A DNA stretch of 64,000 nucleotides from Zootoca vivipara (Eukaryota). A program made the position numbers and the translations under genes. This document shows, in pieces, positions 49,027 through 63,027 of the stretch. Under the pieces are notes generated by a model that was not told the DNA's origin, ran no database searches, and worked only from the letters and a program-made list of their open reading frames with translations. Every line of letters begins with the position of its first letter. Positions within the stretch are counted from its first letter, which is position 1. The stretch covers positions 20,956,001-21,020,000 of the forward strand of contig NC_083277.1 in assembly GCF_963506605.1 (NCBI RefSeq), written 5' to 3'.

Positions 49027-49509
49027 CAGGGGTTCCCAACAAAATTTTCTCGAGGACCCCCTCATCGAGCCGCTATTGTGACAAGGACCCCCATTAATTC
49101 CTAATCCTAAAATTAAAAAGTGAGAGCCAAATTAAGAGTCTTTTTATAAGAGTCCAGGGAGGAGGGAGGGGAATGGAGAAGACAGGGTACCTGCGCAGTA
49201 GCGCACAAATGAAGCCGACGCGCGCAAAGCATCTTGGGGAGGTGAGCGTTAGTAGAATGCGCGCGCTGCCTCTTTGCAAAACAGTAGTGTTTGTAAAGCG
49301 CCACCTAACGGCATACAGCAGAACTACTGCCTCTATCTAATTCTAGTTTTGCGCTAGACTCTGCTCATGCAGGAAGCGGCCAAAACAAAAAATCTGTTAT
49401 CATACGAAATATATTTAATATATTTTTTATTCTAATAGCATCTTGCGGACCCCTCTGGCATAGCTCGCGGACCCCTGGGGGTCCCCGGACCACCTGTTGG
49501 GAACCACTG
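49027..49509. mobile_element. hAT non-autonomous element
   Basis: CAG(G/T)GGTTCCCAAC TIRs; TSD not preserved. Confidence 0.7.
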
Positions 49510-50099
49510 GGACTATTGTGAATGATAAAGTCTCCTGCTTAGTGTGGGATTTCCTGTGTTTGTTTATGGATAAATATCTGACTGCTTTACTTACCGTAGC
49601 AACAATTGCCAGCACATCAGTCCAGAGCAAACAAATAAATAAATGGGACAGAATGTTGAGCTATGGGATTCTGTTTCCCCTGCATATACCTAAAGTGAAA
49701 AAAAATTGTGGGAGGGTGGACACCTATGAAACTGTAAGTTTGCAAAATGCAAGCTTGCTTTGTCTGTGCGCAAAAAGGGCTAGTGAAACCAGCAATGAAG
49801 CCACCCACTTTCAAACTGGTAGGAAAAATCTATAAAGTACCTTCAAAACACTTTCCGTTTTGCAGAAAAATATTGAAATTATAGATCGCAGAGCAAGGTG
49901 AAAACTGACCTCCTTAGTGAGGGATGGAAAGTGAGAACCATGCCATGCTTAAAAGCAGGCACCCCCAAAATCGGCCCTTCAGCTGTTTTGGGACTACAAC
50001 TCCCATCATCCCTAGTTAACAGGACCAGCAGTCAGGGATGATGGGAATTGTAGTCCCAAAACAGCTGGAGGACCGAGTTTGAGGGGGGCCTGCCCTAAA

Positions 50100-50950
50100 C
50101 TATAGCTTGTTTAGCTTATACGTAAACCCGGCACTGCGCTCCCCCCCCCCCCCAATTCAATGCAGGACTTCCAACGAAAGCATCCCTGGAAGACGGCCAT
50201 CCAACTGGGAAAGCCTCCGACTGGAAGGAGAGCCCACCGCCCTTCCAACGAGGGAGGCCGTTTCCACTGTGGTTGGGGGGGAGGGCTGTTTAAGGGGCAG
50301 CGAATCCTACAACCGGCGTAGTAGTAGCGGATCCGATGCGGTTTCTGGGAAAGGGGGTGGGGCTGGCTCCTAGCCACGCTTCTCCCTCTTTCCTCCTCCT
50401 CCTCCTCGCCTCGTAAAGCTCCAGCCTCCTTTTTTTTTCCCCAGGCCGGAGTCGCGGAGGCCGGGAGCCCTGCGGGCTTTAAGACCCAGAGGAGGCCTCG
50501 CTGGCCGGCTGCGCTCGCTCCGGTGTTGACGGCGGAACCACCATCGCCACCAGCAGCAAATCCTCCTCGGGGCTTGGCGGGAGCTGCCGGGCGAGGCGCC
50601 GCTTTCTCCTCCTCCTCCCCCCTCCAGCTCGGCATGGCCTTCATGGAGAAGCCGGCGGCGGGCAAAGTGCTGCTGGACGACACGGCGCCGCTGACAGCCG
50701 TGATCGAGGCCAGCCAGAGCCTCCATTCGCACACGGTATACGGGCTGGAGCAGGAAGAAGGGGGTCGCCGCGGCCAGCGCAGGCCGGGCTCTCGGCGCTG
50801 CTCTCGGGGGTCGCGTTTGGGTGGGGGGCGTCTGCAGAGCCTGGTCGTGACGAGTGGGGGGGGCGCTTGAGGTTATGGGTGGTGGTCGTGGGGGTTTGTT
50901 GGCTGCAACATGTCCCCTTCTTCGAGGTAGCAAGAGCCTCCCTCCGCCTC
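50100..50950 (+). promoter_or_regulatory. CpG island, PXK promoter and exon 1
   Basis: High GC and CpG content surrounding the PXK start codon. Confidence 0.8.
50634..50735 (+). CDS. PXK: PX domain-containing protein kinase-like, coding exon 1; intron 1 apparently runs past the right edge
   Basis: MAFMEKPAAGKVLLDDTAPLTAVIEASQSLHSHT matches the vertebrate PXK N-terminus; good Kozak GGCATGG; donor ACG|GTATAC; synteny with RPP14. Confidence 0.93.
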
Positions 50951-51020
50951 CCTTCCTCCCCCAGGAAGGATTTTGCACATCGTGGGCTTGGGAGGGAGAT
51001 GGGGGAGAAAGTGGAGAATA

Positions 51021-51382
51021 CAGGTGAAACTCGGGAAATTAGAATATCGTCGAAAAGTGCATTTATTTCAGTAACGCAGCTTATTATTATTATTTATTTT
51101 TATTTTAATTTTTACAAATGCTTTCTTTTGGAAATTCCACAGTAATAAAACAAATAGTTACAATAATACAAAAATAAACATCGCTGTTACCTTTCATTAA
51201 TTACATTCCATTTGTAATGGACCCGCCTAAGGACAAATAATTACAATTACAACAAATAAAGGCTTGACATATCTTGCTTTGCATGTCATGCCTCTATCTC
51301 ATATATTGGTTTCACCTTTTAAGTTGCATTACTGAAATAAATGCACTTTTCGACGATTTTCTAATTTCCCGAGTTTCACCTG
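51021..51382. mobile_element. Tc1-like MITE
   Basis: About 45-bp TIR CAGGTGAAACTCGGGAAATTAGAA...; TA TSD. Confidence 0.85.
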
Positions 51383-52431
51383 TAGGTGGAAAGTAAGTCT
51401 TAATAATAATGATGGTGATTTTATTTATTTGCACCCCACCCATCCGACTGGGTTGCCCCCAGCCACTCTACTACTACTACCTCTTCTGCAGCTGCTGCTG
51501 TTATTAGTGCTAAGGGGTCAGCCTTGGGGGTCTGTTGTCACTGCTAGGGTTGCTGATTTTTTTTTGGGGGGGGGGTAATTTTTGTTTTTTTTTCCCACTT
51601 TGTAGTGTGCCTAAAACCGAGGGAACAGTTGCAACGGCAGAGGGAAATTGAAAACATGGGGAAACTATAGAACCGGCACGTAGGATGAGTACATGGGTTA
51701 AATAACAAAGTCCAAACTTTTTGAGTACAGTGGGTGCATGGGTTAAAACAAGCAAGGAAAGGCCTTGGGTGTTATCTGCTGATCAGACTTGCGAGCCACA
51801 GTGTGGGGCTTAGGGGTTACAGTGGCTGGAGGAGAACTGGGGAGAGACTTGGGTTCGAGTCTCCTCTCGGCCACAAACATCATTGGATGAGGCTGAAGGA
51901 CTTCTCTCCCAAACTTATCTCTCTGGGTTTTTTGTTGTTTTTGGTGAAGATAAAATAGGAGGCAAGGACATGCCATGTACACTGGCTGATTTGAGTTCTT
52001 GCCATAGAAGAATAGTCAGGTGAAATGTTACGGAAAAATACAACTCCAGAAAGTGTGAATAGTTGGCAGCCCCACCGAGTAGGTGCAGAGTGTATTTTTT
52101 TCTGACTGCAGAGTAATGGAGAGTGTCATTGCACTGTTGTGAATTGGAGGGAAGGGTTTTTCAGGAAAGAGAGTGTTTTGTTTCAAAGTGGATTTCAGCT
52201 GTGACCAGAAAATGGAGTACTGTATTGGTGTGAGATGCTGTGTTCAGGTGCGGAGTTAGTGTGAATGTTTTTCTTTTCATTTTCATTTCAACCTTAATGA
52301 ATGCTACTGTACTCAAGGCAGTTTGTAAACCGAGAGAAATGACAAAACACACAGCAAAAACCACACTGCCGTCCTATAGCAGTTCAGAACCACATGACAA
52401 CATTCAAGAGTCCCATTTTGCATGTAGTGTT

Positions 52432-52820
52432 GTTGTTGTTGTTGTTTAGTCGTTTAGTCGTGTCCGACTCTTCGTGACCCCATGGACCACAGCACGCCAG
52501 GCACTCCTGTCTTGCACTGCCTCCCGCAGTTTGGTCAAACTCATGTTCGTAGCTTCGAGAACACTGTCCAACCATCTTGTCCTCTGACGTCCCCTTCTCC
52601 TAGTGCCCTCAATCTTTCCCAACATCAGGGTCTTTTCCAAGGATTCTTCTCTTCTCATGAGGTGGCCAAAGTATTGGAGCCTCAGCTTCAGGATCTGTCC
52701 TTCCAGTGAGCACTCGGGGCTGATTTCCTTCAGAATGGATAGGTTTGGTCTTCTTGCAGTCCATGGGACTCTCAAGAGTCTCCTCCAGCACCACAATTCA
52801 AAAGCATCAATTCTTCGGCG
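52432..52820 (-). mobile_element. 5'-truncated BovB
   Basis: ORF 52446-52796 WCWRRLLRVPWTARR...EKTLMLGKIEG; TSD TGTAGTGTT. Confidence 0.9.
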
Positions 52821-52880
52821 TGTAGTGTTACAAAATAATAAGTTAAAATATAGCTAAACCCCTCTTGCCAATTATAAGTA

Positions 52881-52913
<33 letters not shown>

Positions 52914-53109
52914 CAACTAAGAGGATACCTTCTGCACAATACAATATGTAAAATGCCAGGTATTGCCATGGTGGGGTAGATTGGAAGTTGGTGTTAGTGC
53001 ATGACGGGGAACTGAGGTTATTTAGATTGGTGTGAGGTACTCCTTGGGTTTTGCATTAAAAGAAAACACTTCCCATCAAACTAGAAACCATTCATCCAAA
53101 CTGCTTGGA

Positions 53110-53617
53110 ATATTGTGTCCAGTTCTGGGCACCACAGTTCAAGAAGGATATTGACAAGCTAGAACGTGTCCAGAGGAGGGCAACCAAAATGGTCAAAGGC
53201 CTGGAAACGATGGCTTATGAAGGGAACGGCTTAGGGAGCTGGGTATGTTTAACCTGAAGAAGAGAAGGTTAAGGGGTGATATGATAGCCATGTTCAAATA
53301 TATAAAAGGATGTCATATGGAAGGGGGTGAAAGGTTGTTTTCTGCTGCTCCAGAGAAGCGGACATGGAGCAATGGATACAAGCTACAAGAAAGAACCTAA
53401 ACCACCTAAACCCCCTAAACATTAGGAAGAACTTCCTGACAGTAAGAGCTGTTCAACAGTGGAATTTGCTGCCAAGGAGTGTGGTGGAGTCTCCTTCTTT
53501 GGAGGTCTTTAAGCGGAGGCTTGACAGGCATATGTCAATAATGCTTTGATGGTGTTTCCTGCTCGGCAGGGGGTTGGACTGGATGGCCCTTGTGGTCTTT
53601 TCCAACTCTATGATTCT
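53110..53617 (+). mobile_element. CR1 LINE 3' end
   Basis: Matches 5080-5750. Confidence 0.9.
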
Positions 53618-53765
53618 AGAATATGAAGGCAGTAGCAGTCACCTTTTGTTTCCCCCTGGCATTCACAGGTATAATGCTTATGTTTATCAAGTGTAAAGGG
53701 CACAAACAACAGTAAAAGCCCAACCCTGCTTTATGTTGTGATCCATTACAGCTTAGATATTGACA

Positions 53766-53962
53766 AGTTGCTTCCTGGAAATAAAACTGATCAGAGATCA
53801 TAGACAGATGAAGTGCATAATCCTGTGATATGCTTAGATTAGCCAGTGTGGTAATTGTAACTTTTAGATGAATTTTATCATACTAAGAAATCATAGAAAT
53901 GCATGTTTCTTTGCCTTCATCCGACTATGATCTCTGATCAGTTTTATTTCCAGGAAACAACT
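53766..53962. repeat. 48-bp inverted repeat pair
   Basis: 53766-53813 versus 53915-53962, three mismatches. Confidence 0.8.
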
Positions 53963-54751
53963 GTTGGTCACTTGCAGTGGGGCTAAGAGCAGGCAGCTTA
54001 TTATCAAGAGTGATTTACTGTATGGAACATACTTTAGTTTTAAGTTGTTTGAATGTCTGTGGGTTGCTGCTGCTTAGTGATCGCCCTTCATTAAACTGAT
54101 TGCATGATAGGAATGATTGTTCGGTGATGGTTTCTGAAAGAGCCCTTTTGGTGCAATGTGAGAAAAGAGTTTTCAGTTTGGGTTTTGAGAGAAGATAAAA
54201 CTGTGGATTAGATTACTGGTAAACCACCTTTGAGATTCAGTGCTCTCTTTGGAAATCTAATTAAGGATCAACAGTTGTGCTTTAGGAGCCTATTTTCTTC
54301 CTCATGGCTCTGCCTGTGTAGTTATAAATAAAGCATATTTGCAGCAGAGTTATCTAGTTATGGAAATATGGAACACTTACTTAAGTGTGTAACAAGTGTG
54401 TAACAAGAGAGATTGTAATAGTGTTTATACCCCATAACAAATTAACCGAGAACTGTTGACTAGAAGGGTAGCCATGGCCTTGAATAGAGATTTGGGACTA
54501 AGCAGGCCTCATATTGGAATAAATTGCTTTAGCCCTGGACCTGTTTAATGTTTATCTGCCAAAACTTCTGGTATTCTTCCTTGCCATGACCTGACTATCC
54601 TTCATGGTCATGTAACACAAAGCCAGGTTTACAACTAAGACAGGAACAGTATAAGGAAATCAGAAACTTACCTGCACTAACCATCATCCCACCCCTCCTC
54701 CAAACACAGTTTTAAGAAGACTTTGCTAACTATTTACAAGCCTGTAGTAGT

Positions 54752-55097
54752 AAAGGGACCCCTGACCATTAGGTCTAGTCGTGACCAACTCTGGGGTTGC
54801 AGCGCTCATCTCGCATTATTGGCCGAGGGAGCCGGCGTACAGCTTCCAGGTCATGTGGCCAGCATGACAAAGCCGCTTCTGGCGAACCAGAGCAGCACAC
54901 GGAAACGCCGTTTACCTTCCTGCTTGAAGTGGTACCTATTTATCTACTTGCACTTTGAGGTGCTTTCGAACTGCTAGGTTGGCAGGAGCTGGGACCAAGC
55001 AACGGGAGCTCACCCCATCTCAGGGATTCAAACCGCTGACCTTCTGATCAGCAAGCCCTAGGCTCTGTGGTTTAACCCACAGCGCCACCTGCGCCCC
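54752..55097 (-). mobile_element. Sauria SINE
   Basis: Homologous to 43099-43447; TSD GCCTGTAGTAGTA. Confidence 0.88.
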
Positions 55098-55898
55098 CCG
55101 CCTGTAGTAGTAGGGTCCCATAAATAACTACTACTCTGTTGGCAAGTAACAATTGCCTCAAAACGAGGAAAGTATTTTTATACTGGAAAAGAATCTACTC
55201 TGTTTTTCTTTTCAGGCTGTGAGTTGTCCTTAAATGACAAGCACAAATATCATGTGTGGGCAAGTATACAAATGAAAATGTGTGGGGCCTGGTCCTTTTG
55301 TGGCCTTAAGTCACATGGCTCACATATTTTAACAATCCTGCACAACATTTTCTTGACAAACCAGATTTTATATTAAACCACATCACCTTTTTATCCCTCG
55401 GTTGCCTTGACATGCCCATTCTCTTGAGACTCCAACTAGCATGATGATGATAGAAGAAATTCCTCTCAACCTACTGTTCAGGAGTAAGTTTAAAGAAAAT
55501 TGAATAATTTTCAGTATTTCCTTGAGGTTTCCAAGTTACATTATCTTCATTTGTTAACATGAACAAAATAGTTGGAGTCATATTTAGTGTTACTTCATTT
55601 AGTATAGGCTAAATTGGAGTACCTGAATTTAGTAATTTCACTTCAGTGGCGACATTGGTTGACATGTGGATATTCCTTGCCTCCCTCTATTTCCTTGGCT
55701 CACAGATTGTAAACCAGAGAATGTGGATTTAAACTAATGTAGTCCCATTCAAATGAATTGGATATGGTTTATATCAGCCACACTTTAGGTGATGGGTCAT
55801 GGCTCAGTAGTAGAGTAGGTTTTTGACTTGCTGTGTTGTGTATTGGGTTGTCTTCTAGAAATACTACTTTATTAAAACTTACACATATGTACTATGTA

Positions 55899-56113
55899 CA
55901 GTGGTACCTTGGGTTACAGACGCTTCAGGTTACGAACTCCGCTAACCCAGAAATAGTACCTCAGGTTAATAACTTTACCTCAGGATGAGAACAGAAATCA
56001 CATGGCGACAGTGGGAGGCCCCATTAGCTAAAGTGGTACCTCAGGTTAAGAACAGTTTCAGGTTAAGAACGGACCTCCAGAACAAATTAAGTTCTTAACC
56101 CGAGGTACCACTG
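55899..56113. mobile_element. Tc1/mariner MITE
   Basis: TA TSD; CAGTGGTACCT TIRs. Confidence 0.85.
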
Positions 56114-59100
56114 TAGTTCTTGCTATTAAGTATATCTGACACATTTATTTTTATTCTTTTTTAGGGAAGTTTTTAATGTATTGTATTTTAATATTTTAAG
56201 ACCATTGTATTTTAATATTTTGTTGGAAGCCGCCCAGAGTGGCTGGGGAAACCCAGCCAGATGGGCAGGGTATAAATAATAAATTATTATTATCATCATC
56301 ATCATCATCATCATCATTATTATTCTAAAGGGCATAATAGCAACCCAAAGGTTTTTGTGGACTTGACATTCTGCCTTGGTTTCTACGGGTCTTTGGGGAG
56401 CTCAAATTGGCAAAGGGAGAGTCAGGTCTAGCTTCCCATTGACAAACATTTAAAAGCAGTTTTCCCAGAGAAATAGTGTGTCTTTCATATGTGGGAGTTG
56501 AAAAAACCAATTTTGTGAGCCTTGATTGCTTATCTTTGCATTTCCGTTTTGTCAAGGCACACTGAGGAAAGTTCAAATAGAGGTTTGTTCTTTAAATCAC
56601 ATGTGTACTGTGAAGCAAGAGTCCTGCTGGGCTTTCTCGGTAATTTCAGAGCTGTATTTGGCCATTCTTAAACTTCTGTTTCATCTGTTAGGAGGCAGAG
56701 ACAAAATAGTTGCACAAGGTGGCAAAAAGTGTGTTGACGTATTTTTTTAAGAAAGAATATGATACATAGCTGTACTTCGTAGTTTGCCACAATGTTTCAT
56801 TGGGTTTCCTGTTATCTGGAGTGTGAAACAGTCTGAATACAGTGAGAAGCAGGTTCTGTCCTTTGATGCAAGTATGAATTAACATTTTAAAGTAACGTCC
56901 TCTTGAGCTGGAGCAAGGAAACTTGAAGCAATTGCATTTGGCAAATCACATTTTCCCTTTACCACCGCTCTAGCCCTCTTTTGACTAGACAGAACACTGA
57001 GAAAATGTCACAGTGCTTCAAGGTGTTCGGAAGTCACTCCAAATCAATAGTTCCCAAATAGCATGCTTTTCCAACATGCTACCTGTTGGGCAGGATGGGC
57101 TGGAAGACGCTAAGTGCAGATAAGGCTGGATAGGACTGCCCTTTCTCAACTTGGATGGTAAATAGCAGAACCCCCCACTTTTTTTTGAGTGGGGGAAGTG
57201 CAGATCTAACTATTGCAGTACATGCACCAGTAACCTGTAGGAACGCGAGGCCTTCTAGATGTTGTTGGACTCCCAATTCCCATCGGCCCCAGCCAGCATC
57301 GCCAGTAGTTTGGGATGATGGAGGGTTGCAGATTATTCATATTCTTATTCTTATTGGGTTAATTCACATTCTGTGGCCTTTTAAATGCGTTTGTGGGAGG
57401 GGAAATATTGGTTTCTTTTTGTTTTTATGGTGCATTTTGTGTTCTCATTTTGTATTTTTATGTTGCGAACCGGCCCTGTGATCTCTGGATGAAGGGCAGT
57501 ACAAAAATAAAATAAAATAAAATCACACTGTATGTCCAGGTCAGTTCTAAATGGTCTAATCCAGGCACCCCCAAACTTCGGCCCTCCAGATGTTTTGGAC
57601 TACAATTCCCATCATCCCTGACCACTGGTCCTGGTAGCTAGGGATCATGGGAGTTGTGGGCCAAAACATCTGGAGGGCCGCAGTTTGGGGATGCCTGGTC
57701 TAGTCACTGAACTTCTGAAGGAGCACTTAGTCTCATGTACACCCTCTCATGCCTTATTTGTAGGAAAGAGCCTGTTACGAGTGCCCTTGTCTTCTGAAGT
57801 GTTGCAGGTGTGGCAAATGATCACAAGGCCTTTCCTCTGTTGTGTCCCTTCTTGCTCTTTGGGACGACTTTGTCCAACAGGGGCTCTGCTTGCCTATTTC
57901 CCTTCTGGAATTTAAAATGCTGATCAAAACCTTGCTTGGTAGGAAAGCATTTTGACTTACTGGTACCTGTTTTATGGCTTGCACTGTTTCGGATTTTGTT
58001 GCTTCATTTTGCTGTGTGTATTTTATTTCTCCTAATTGTCAGCTACGCTGCCTTGGGGAAGGGTGGCTTTCTTGGCCTGGAAGCAGGGCATGAAATGGAG
58101 CTTTAATGAAAAGTAGCTCTGGGAGTGGCCTGTTCTGAGTGCAGAAGCAGGGAAGGGAGTAAGCATGCTTAACTCTTTCCCTGCCATCTGTTTTTTTCTT
58201 TCCAAAGGTCCCCCCCTCCAGCTTCCATATGCATGTGTGGAATCCGGGGTGTGGTATAACAAATGATTTGTATTTCTCTCTGTGTTTTTTTTTGTTTTTT
58301 TTTTGGGGGGGGTGTTCATTACTTGGGTGGAGGCAGGGATCAGAAAAGCCTGTTGTTCCAGTAGAGGCAAATTCTAGATTTGCATTTGGAATCCAGAGGC
58401 CTTTTGGAATTGAAAGAATTCTTGGTAACATATTTATCCCATATATTCACTGGCAGGTTGACAGATTGACACTGTAGCCAGAAAAAAGCCACGGGCTTGT
58501 ATGCCAGTGGGAAATCCTACTCAAAAAAGTTATGGCTAAACTAGGATTTATGGATTTTTAGTTTTGCTATAGTAATAGTACATATCAGTATTCTTCAGCC
58601 TTTCTGTTTCTTCCTTTCCTCTTCTTTCTTCACCTCCCTTTTTCCCTGCACAGAGTCTCCTGTTTTCCATCTGTCACTCTCCTTTGAAAAAAACAAAATG
58701 AAATACCTTAACAAGCTAAATAATAATAATAATCTGTGGGTGTGACCCACTTTAGATTAGGATACAACCCAGTTGTGGATCCTAAACCAGCAGTTGTAAA
58801 ACTGATGAGTCCAAACCTTCAAATAGGGCTTCTTTTAAAAAAGGAATTTTCAGTGTGGCAGGAATGAACAGCATCTAAACCTGCATTTTGTTTTCCCCAA
58901 ATGGAAACCGGTGTCAGGCAGAGTTAAAAGTGCACAACTGGGGGATTTTGAGTTCACCGGGTGATGGTGGAGGGTGCATGAGGAATGGAAGGGAATTTCA
59001 AACCCCCCACATACTTTATATATTTTTATATGCCCTGCCTTCAAGCACAGGCATTATTGGGCAATGTAATGCTTTAAAATGCCCTGCCTTCAAGCACAGG

Positions 59101-59786
59101 CATTATTGGGCAATGTAATGGTTTCTATCTTGGCAGCTTCGTGTTATAGGCTTGCAGCAGTGTTGAAACCGTACTTGTAGTTTTGTAAATACTGAAGTGG
59201 GGGGGGGGTAGCTTAAGCAATATTTCTGCTGTTCCAAAACATCCTGGGTTTTGTGAGAGCATTTGGCTTCGGATCAAACAGGGCAGCAAAGACAGAGCTC
59301 CAGATTCTATCGCAGAATGATGAGGATTGTGTATATTGCTGCATATTACAGTAAACAGGTGCTTTAATATTTCCTGATTTTGCAGGTTACATACATTGAA
59401 GTTCCGTTAATGTACTTTTTTAATGTATGTAAAGTTCCGTTGGCATTCTGAGGGAGGCATTGCTGTTTTGTGGGTGAATACTTTTCCTTTCCCTCTGGAG
59501 GGGAGCGCGTTTGTTTGTTTTGCTTCTCTACACTCATTACATCAGCATTATCAGTGTCAAAGCCCCACAGGAGTAATGCTGCTTTGGTGTCAGAGTTCAT
59601 TCAGAGATGAGTGTCAATAAGGGGGAGGGGAAAGAGAGGTTTTCTACTAGCCTAGAGTCCTTAATCTGTGCACCATAGTCAACCCTGAAGCATGAAGCAC
59701 TGGAGGTATATGCGTAAACTGCAAATTTGTGTCAGGAGAGTGCAGTGATTCATTTCCAATTGTGCCCTTGAGCAGAAGAGCATATA

Positions 59787-60015
59787 CAGTCATACCTCGG
59801 CAACCGAACGCTTCGACTTCTGAAGGTTTCGACTTCCAAAGTCGACAACCCCCAGATGTCTTTTCTCCGTGCACGCCTGGTGTGTGCATTCTGCGCCTGT
59901 GCAGAACGGTGCGCGCGGTCGGCACATGCGCCAAAGCGGCGCTTCGAGAACCGAAAACCTCTACTTACGAAGACGTCCGTGGAATGGATCGTCTTCGTAA
60001 GTCGAGGTACCACTG
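59787..60015. mobile_element. Tc1/mariner MITE
   Basis: TA TSD; CAGT..TACCTCG TIRs. Confidence 0.75.
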
Positions 60016-60066
60016 TATGTGGTTGCTGCTCTGCTGCTAGTATCCCTGTATGTCTATGAGGCTTTA

Positions 60067-60409
60067 AGGGAGCGGGTGGCCCTGTGATTTAAACCACTGA
60101 GCCTCTTGGGCTTGCCAATCGGAAGGTCGGCGGTTCGAATCCCCATGACGGGGTGAGCTCCCAGCTCCTGCCAACCTAGCAGTCAAAAAACATACCAGTG
60201 CAAGTAGATAAATTCCCCCCTGTGGCGGGAAGGTAAACAGCGTTTCCGTGCGTTCTGGCTTCCTTCATGGTCCTCTGTGTGCCAGTAACAGCTTAGTCAT
60301 GTTGGCCACATGACCCGGAAAGCTGTCTGTGGACAAACACCGGCTCTCTCAGCCTCAAGCGAGATGAGCCTTTGACTGGACTTAACCGTCCAGGGGTCCT
60401 TCACCATTT
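60067..60409 (+). mobile_element. Sauria SINE, diverged
   Basis: Homologous head and body; B box GGTTCGAATCC. Confidence 0.78.
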
Positions 60410-61780
60410 TTAAAAAAAACCTATTTAGAGACTGTCATACCATAGGGGTTTGTTTTATTTTATTATTTTTTACAATCAAGCACCCTCTCTCTATATATAC
60501 ATGTATAATGAAATAAATAAGTGAATATCTCTTTATGACATACTGCTTCAGGATTTAGCTACCTTGTCCTTTTATTTCTGTTCATAATTTTACACTCTTT
60601 CGTTGGCATCTTCTTGTACGTTCTAATTTATATTATTTCTTTCTTTCTTTCCCTCCCTTCATCCCGTTTCTCCAAAGTTGAGCAGCGTAAATGGCAATGC
60701 TTTGGTGCACATGTGTGTGCTTCAGAAAGCAAAGCTGGTTTTCTGACTCTTTTTGTTGGGGGGCCTTTGGCTTTCAGCTCCCATTAGAGGTTCATACAGC
60801 CAGCGTAAGCAAGGGCTTGAAGGCTCTGTTGTTATTTTCAATGCAGAGGGCTACTAATTCACTTTCAGTAGGATACAGTAGAAACCTGGTTTTTAACATA
60901 TGCAAATTGTGGCCCCGAGAGAGCTATTGATAGCTAGCTGAATAAAAGTGTGTTTCCTCAGCGTGTGGAAATCGGAAACCGAATGTGGGTTCCCTCTCGC
61001 ACAATACAGTATTTATTAGAAAACAAAGCATAAGGCAATTTTCACCCAGGCAGTCTAGAGCTGGATTAAACCATTACCTAAGTAGACTACATAATAGGCC
61101 CCCAGTCTATGTAAACTGGCAGTTCCTCATGTGTGGATTATTATTATTAATAATAATATTAATTCAACTTGTTATTGCTTGTTACCTAACAGGTATCCAA
61201 GCAATTTACTTTTTTATATAAAGAAATGATTAAACCATAGAGGTGAAAATTCATATGAAACATTTTCATACAACACATACCATTCTTATTCTCTCTCTCT
61301 CTTTCTTATGCGCGCGCGCACCTCCCCCCCCCCCCTAGAAAACATCCTCCCTAATTGCAGCCACAGCAGTATTTTGATTGATTGATGACATTTATATACT
61401 GCCTTTTCTCCCAAGGATCTCCTCCTCCCCATTCATCTTTACAACAGCCCTGTACGTCAGGTTAGGCTAAGAGATGGTGGCTGGTTCAGGGTCACCCAGT
61501 GAGCTTCATGGCTGAGTGGGGATTTGAACCCTGACCTCTCAGGACCTAGTCCAGCACTCTAGCCAGTATGCCAGTCTCGCTCCTCCCCTGGACTCCTCAT
61601 TCAGCTCTGAACGCAAGACAACAGATCAGCTGCTTTGCAGCAGGGAGATTGAACATGGTGACTGTCAAGAAGACCGAAATGCTTAGGAAGACTGGAGGGC
61701 AGGGAAGAATAGGATGGGCTGGTATATGCGGTTCGTGAAGACTACATTTGTGAGAGCTTGCCTTCACTTGTGAAAGAGTA

Positions 61781-62424
61781 CTGTATTTTTCGCTCCATAA
61801 GACGCACCTGACCAAAAGATGCACCTAATTTTAAGAGGAGGAAGGGGAAAGCCCTGTTTTTTGGGATCAGCTCAAAGTTGTGCAGCTTCTTTTGCAAATG
61901 GGGAAAGCCCCATTTTTTTGAGCATCAGTTCACAGTTGTTCAGTTTTTTTTTTTTTTTTGCAAAAGGGGAAAGCTCCATTTTTGAGGATCAGCTCAAAGT
62001 TGTTGAGCTTACCTTGCAAAGGGGAAAAAATCCTGTTTTTATGGGGATCAACTCACAGTTCTGCAGCTTCTTTAGGAAAGGAACGGGAGCCATTTCTACA
62101 GTTTCCAGACAGATAATCTAATCAGCCAGTCACATGTCAGCTGGGGAAACACAGCAATGGAGGCCTGGGGAAGGGGGCAGGGTGGGAAGGGAGCTAGAGT
62201 CTCTTAACTCCCTCCCGATCTCTTGCAATCAGCTGCTGAGCGGCTTCCTTTAAACACCCTCCTTCCCTCTTGTTGGCCTTTAGCTCTTTCTAAAAAAACC
62301 CAAACATGATTTACCCATGGGCAATTCAGCTCCAGGGACCATGCATTCTCCCCATAAGACACACAGACATTTCCTCTTACTTTTTAGGAGGAAAAAGGTG
62401 TGTCTTATGGAGCGAAAAATACGG
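61781..62424. mobile_element. pogo/Tigger-like non-autonomous element
   Basis: TIR C(T/C)GTATTTTTCGCTCCATAAGAC; internal imperfect repeats of about 60 bp. Confidence 0.78.
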
Positions 62425-63027
62425 CAAGTTACATAAATATGCTGGTTTACGTATAACTGTGCCTGTTGTACAGCAGGGGTGGGCAGAAAGTAGATTGGAA
62501 TCTACTGCTAGGTCTCTGGCTGATTTGCAGCAGATTAGGAAGCGTTTGACTGCCTTTTTATTCAGCAAGCAAAATTACTTTTCCCTCCTGAATTAGACTG
62601 CTGAAATGAAGTAGGGTAATCAGGAAGTGGACGTTTCTAACAAACCTACACCCCCCCCCCAAAAAATACTATACTCCTAGCCACTAGCCAGCAGGAAAAA
62701 AAAGAAAAACCATATTTTTTAATGTTCAGTGGTCTTTTGGTTTAAATCTCTCCCTTCCAGCAAGAAGTCCAGGGTCAAGACAGCTGCTGTAAAGTGGTGT
62801 GTTTGTGTTTCTTTGTGATCCCACGGCTCCCTTCTCTTGCAGAGAAAGCAGCAGAAAATGCATAGCAAGGAGAGAGAGTTGTTCCAGCTGTGCATCCTCT
62901 TCTGTCTCTAGTAAATGCACCAATAAAAAACAGACCAAGAACCCAGGCCAATATAAGATTCAATAGTGAGAATAATCCCTAGTAACAAATCAAATATGAA
63001 TTTGCAAAAACAAGAATACATATAGTC

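Noticed and set aside
50111-50978. 200-aa antisense ORFs over PXK exon 1
   Set aside because: Stop-poor GC-rich CpG island; typical shadow ORFs
58802-58830. CTGATGAGTCC hammerhead-like start
   Set aside because: No closing helix II arm or GAAA follows
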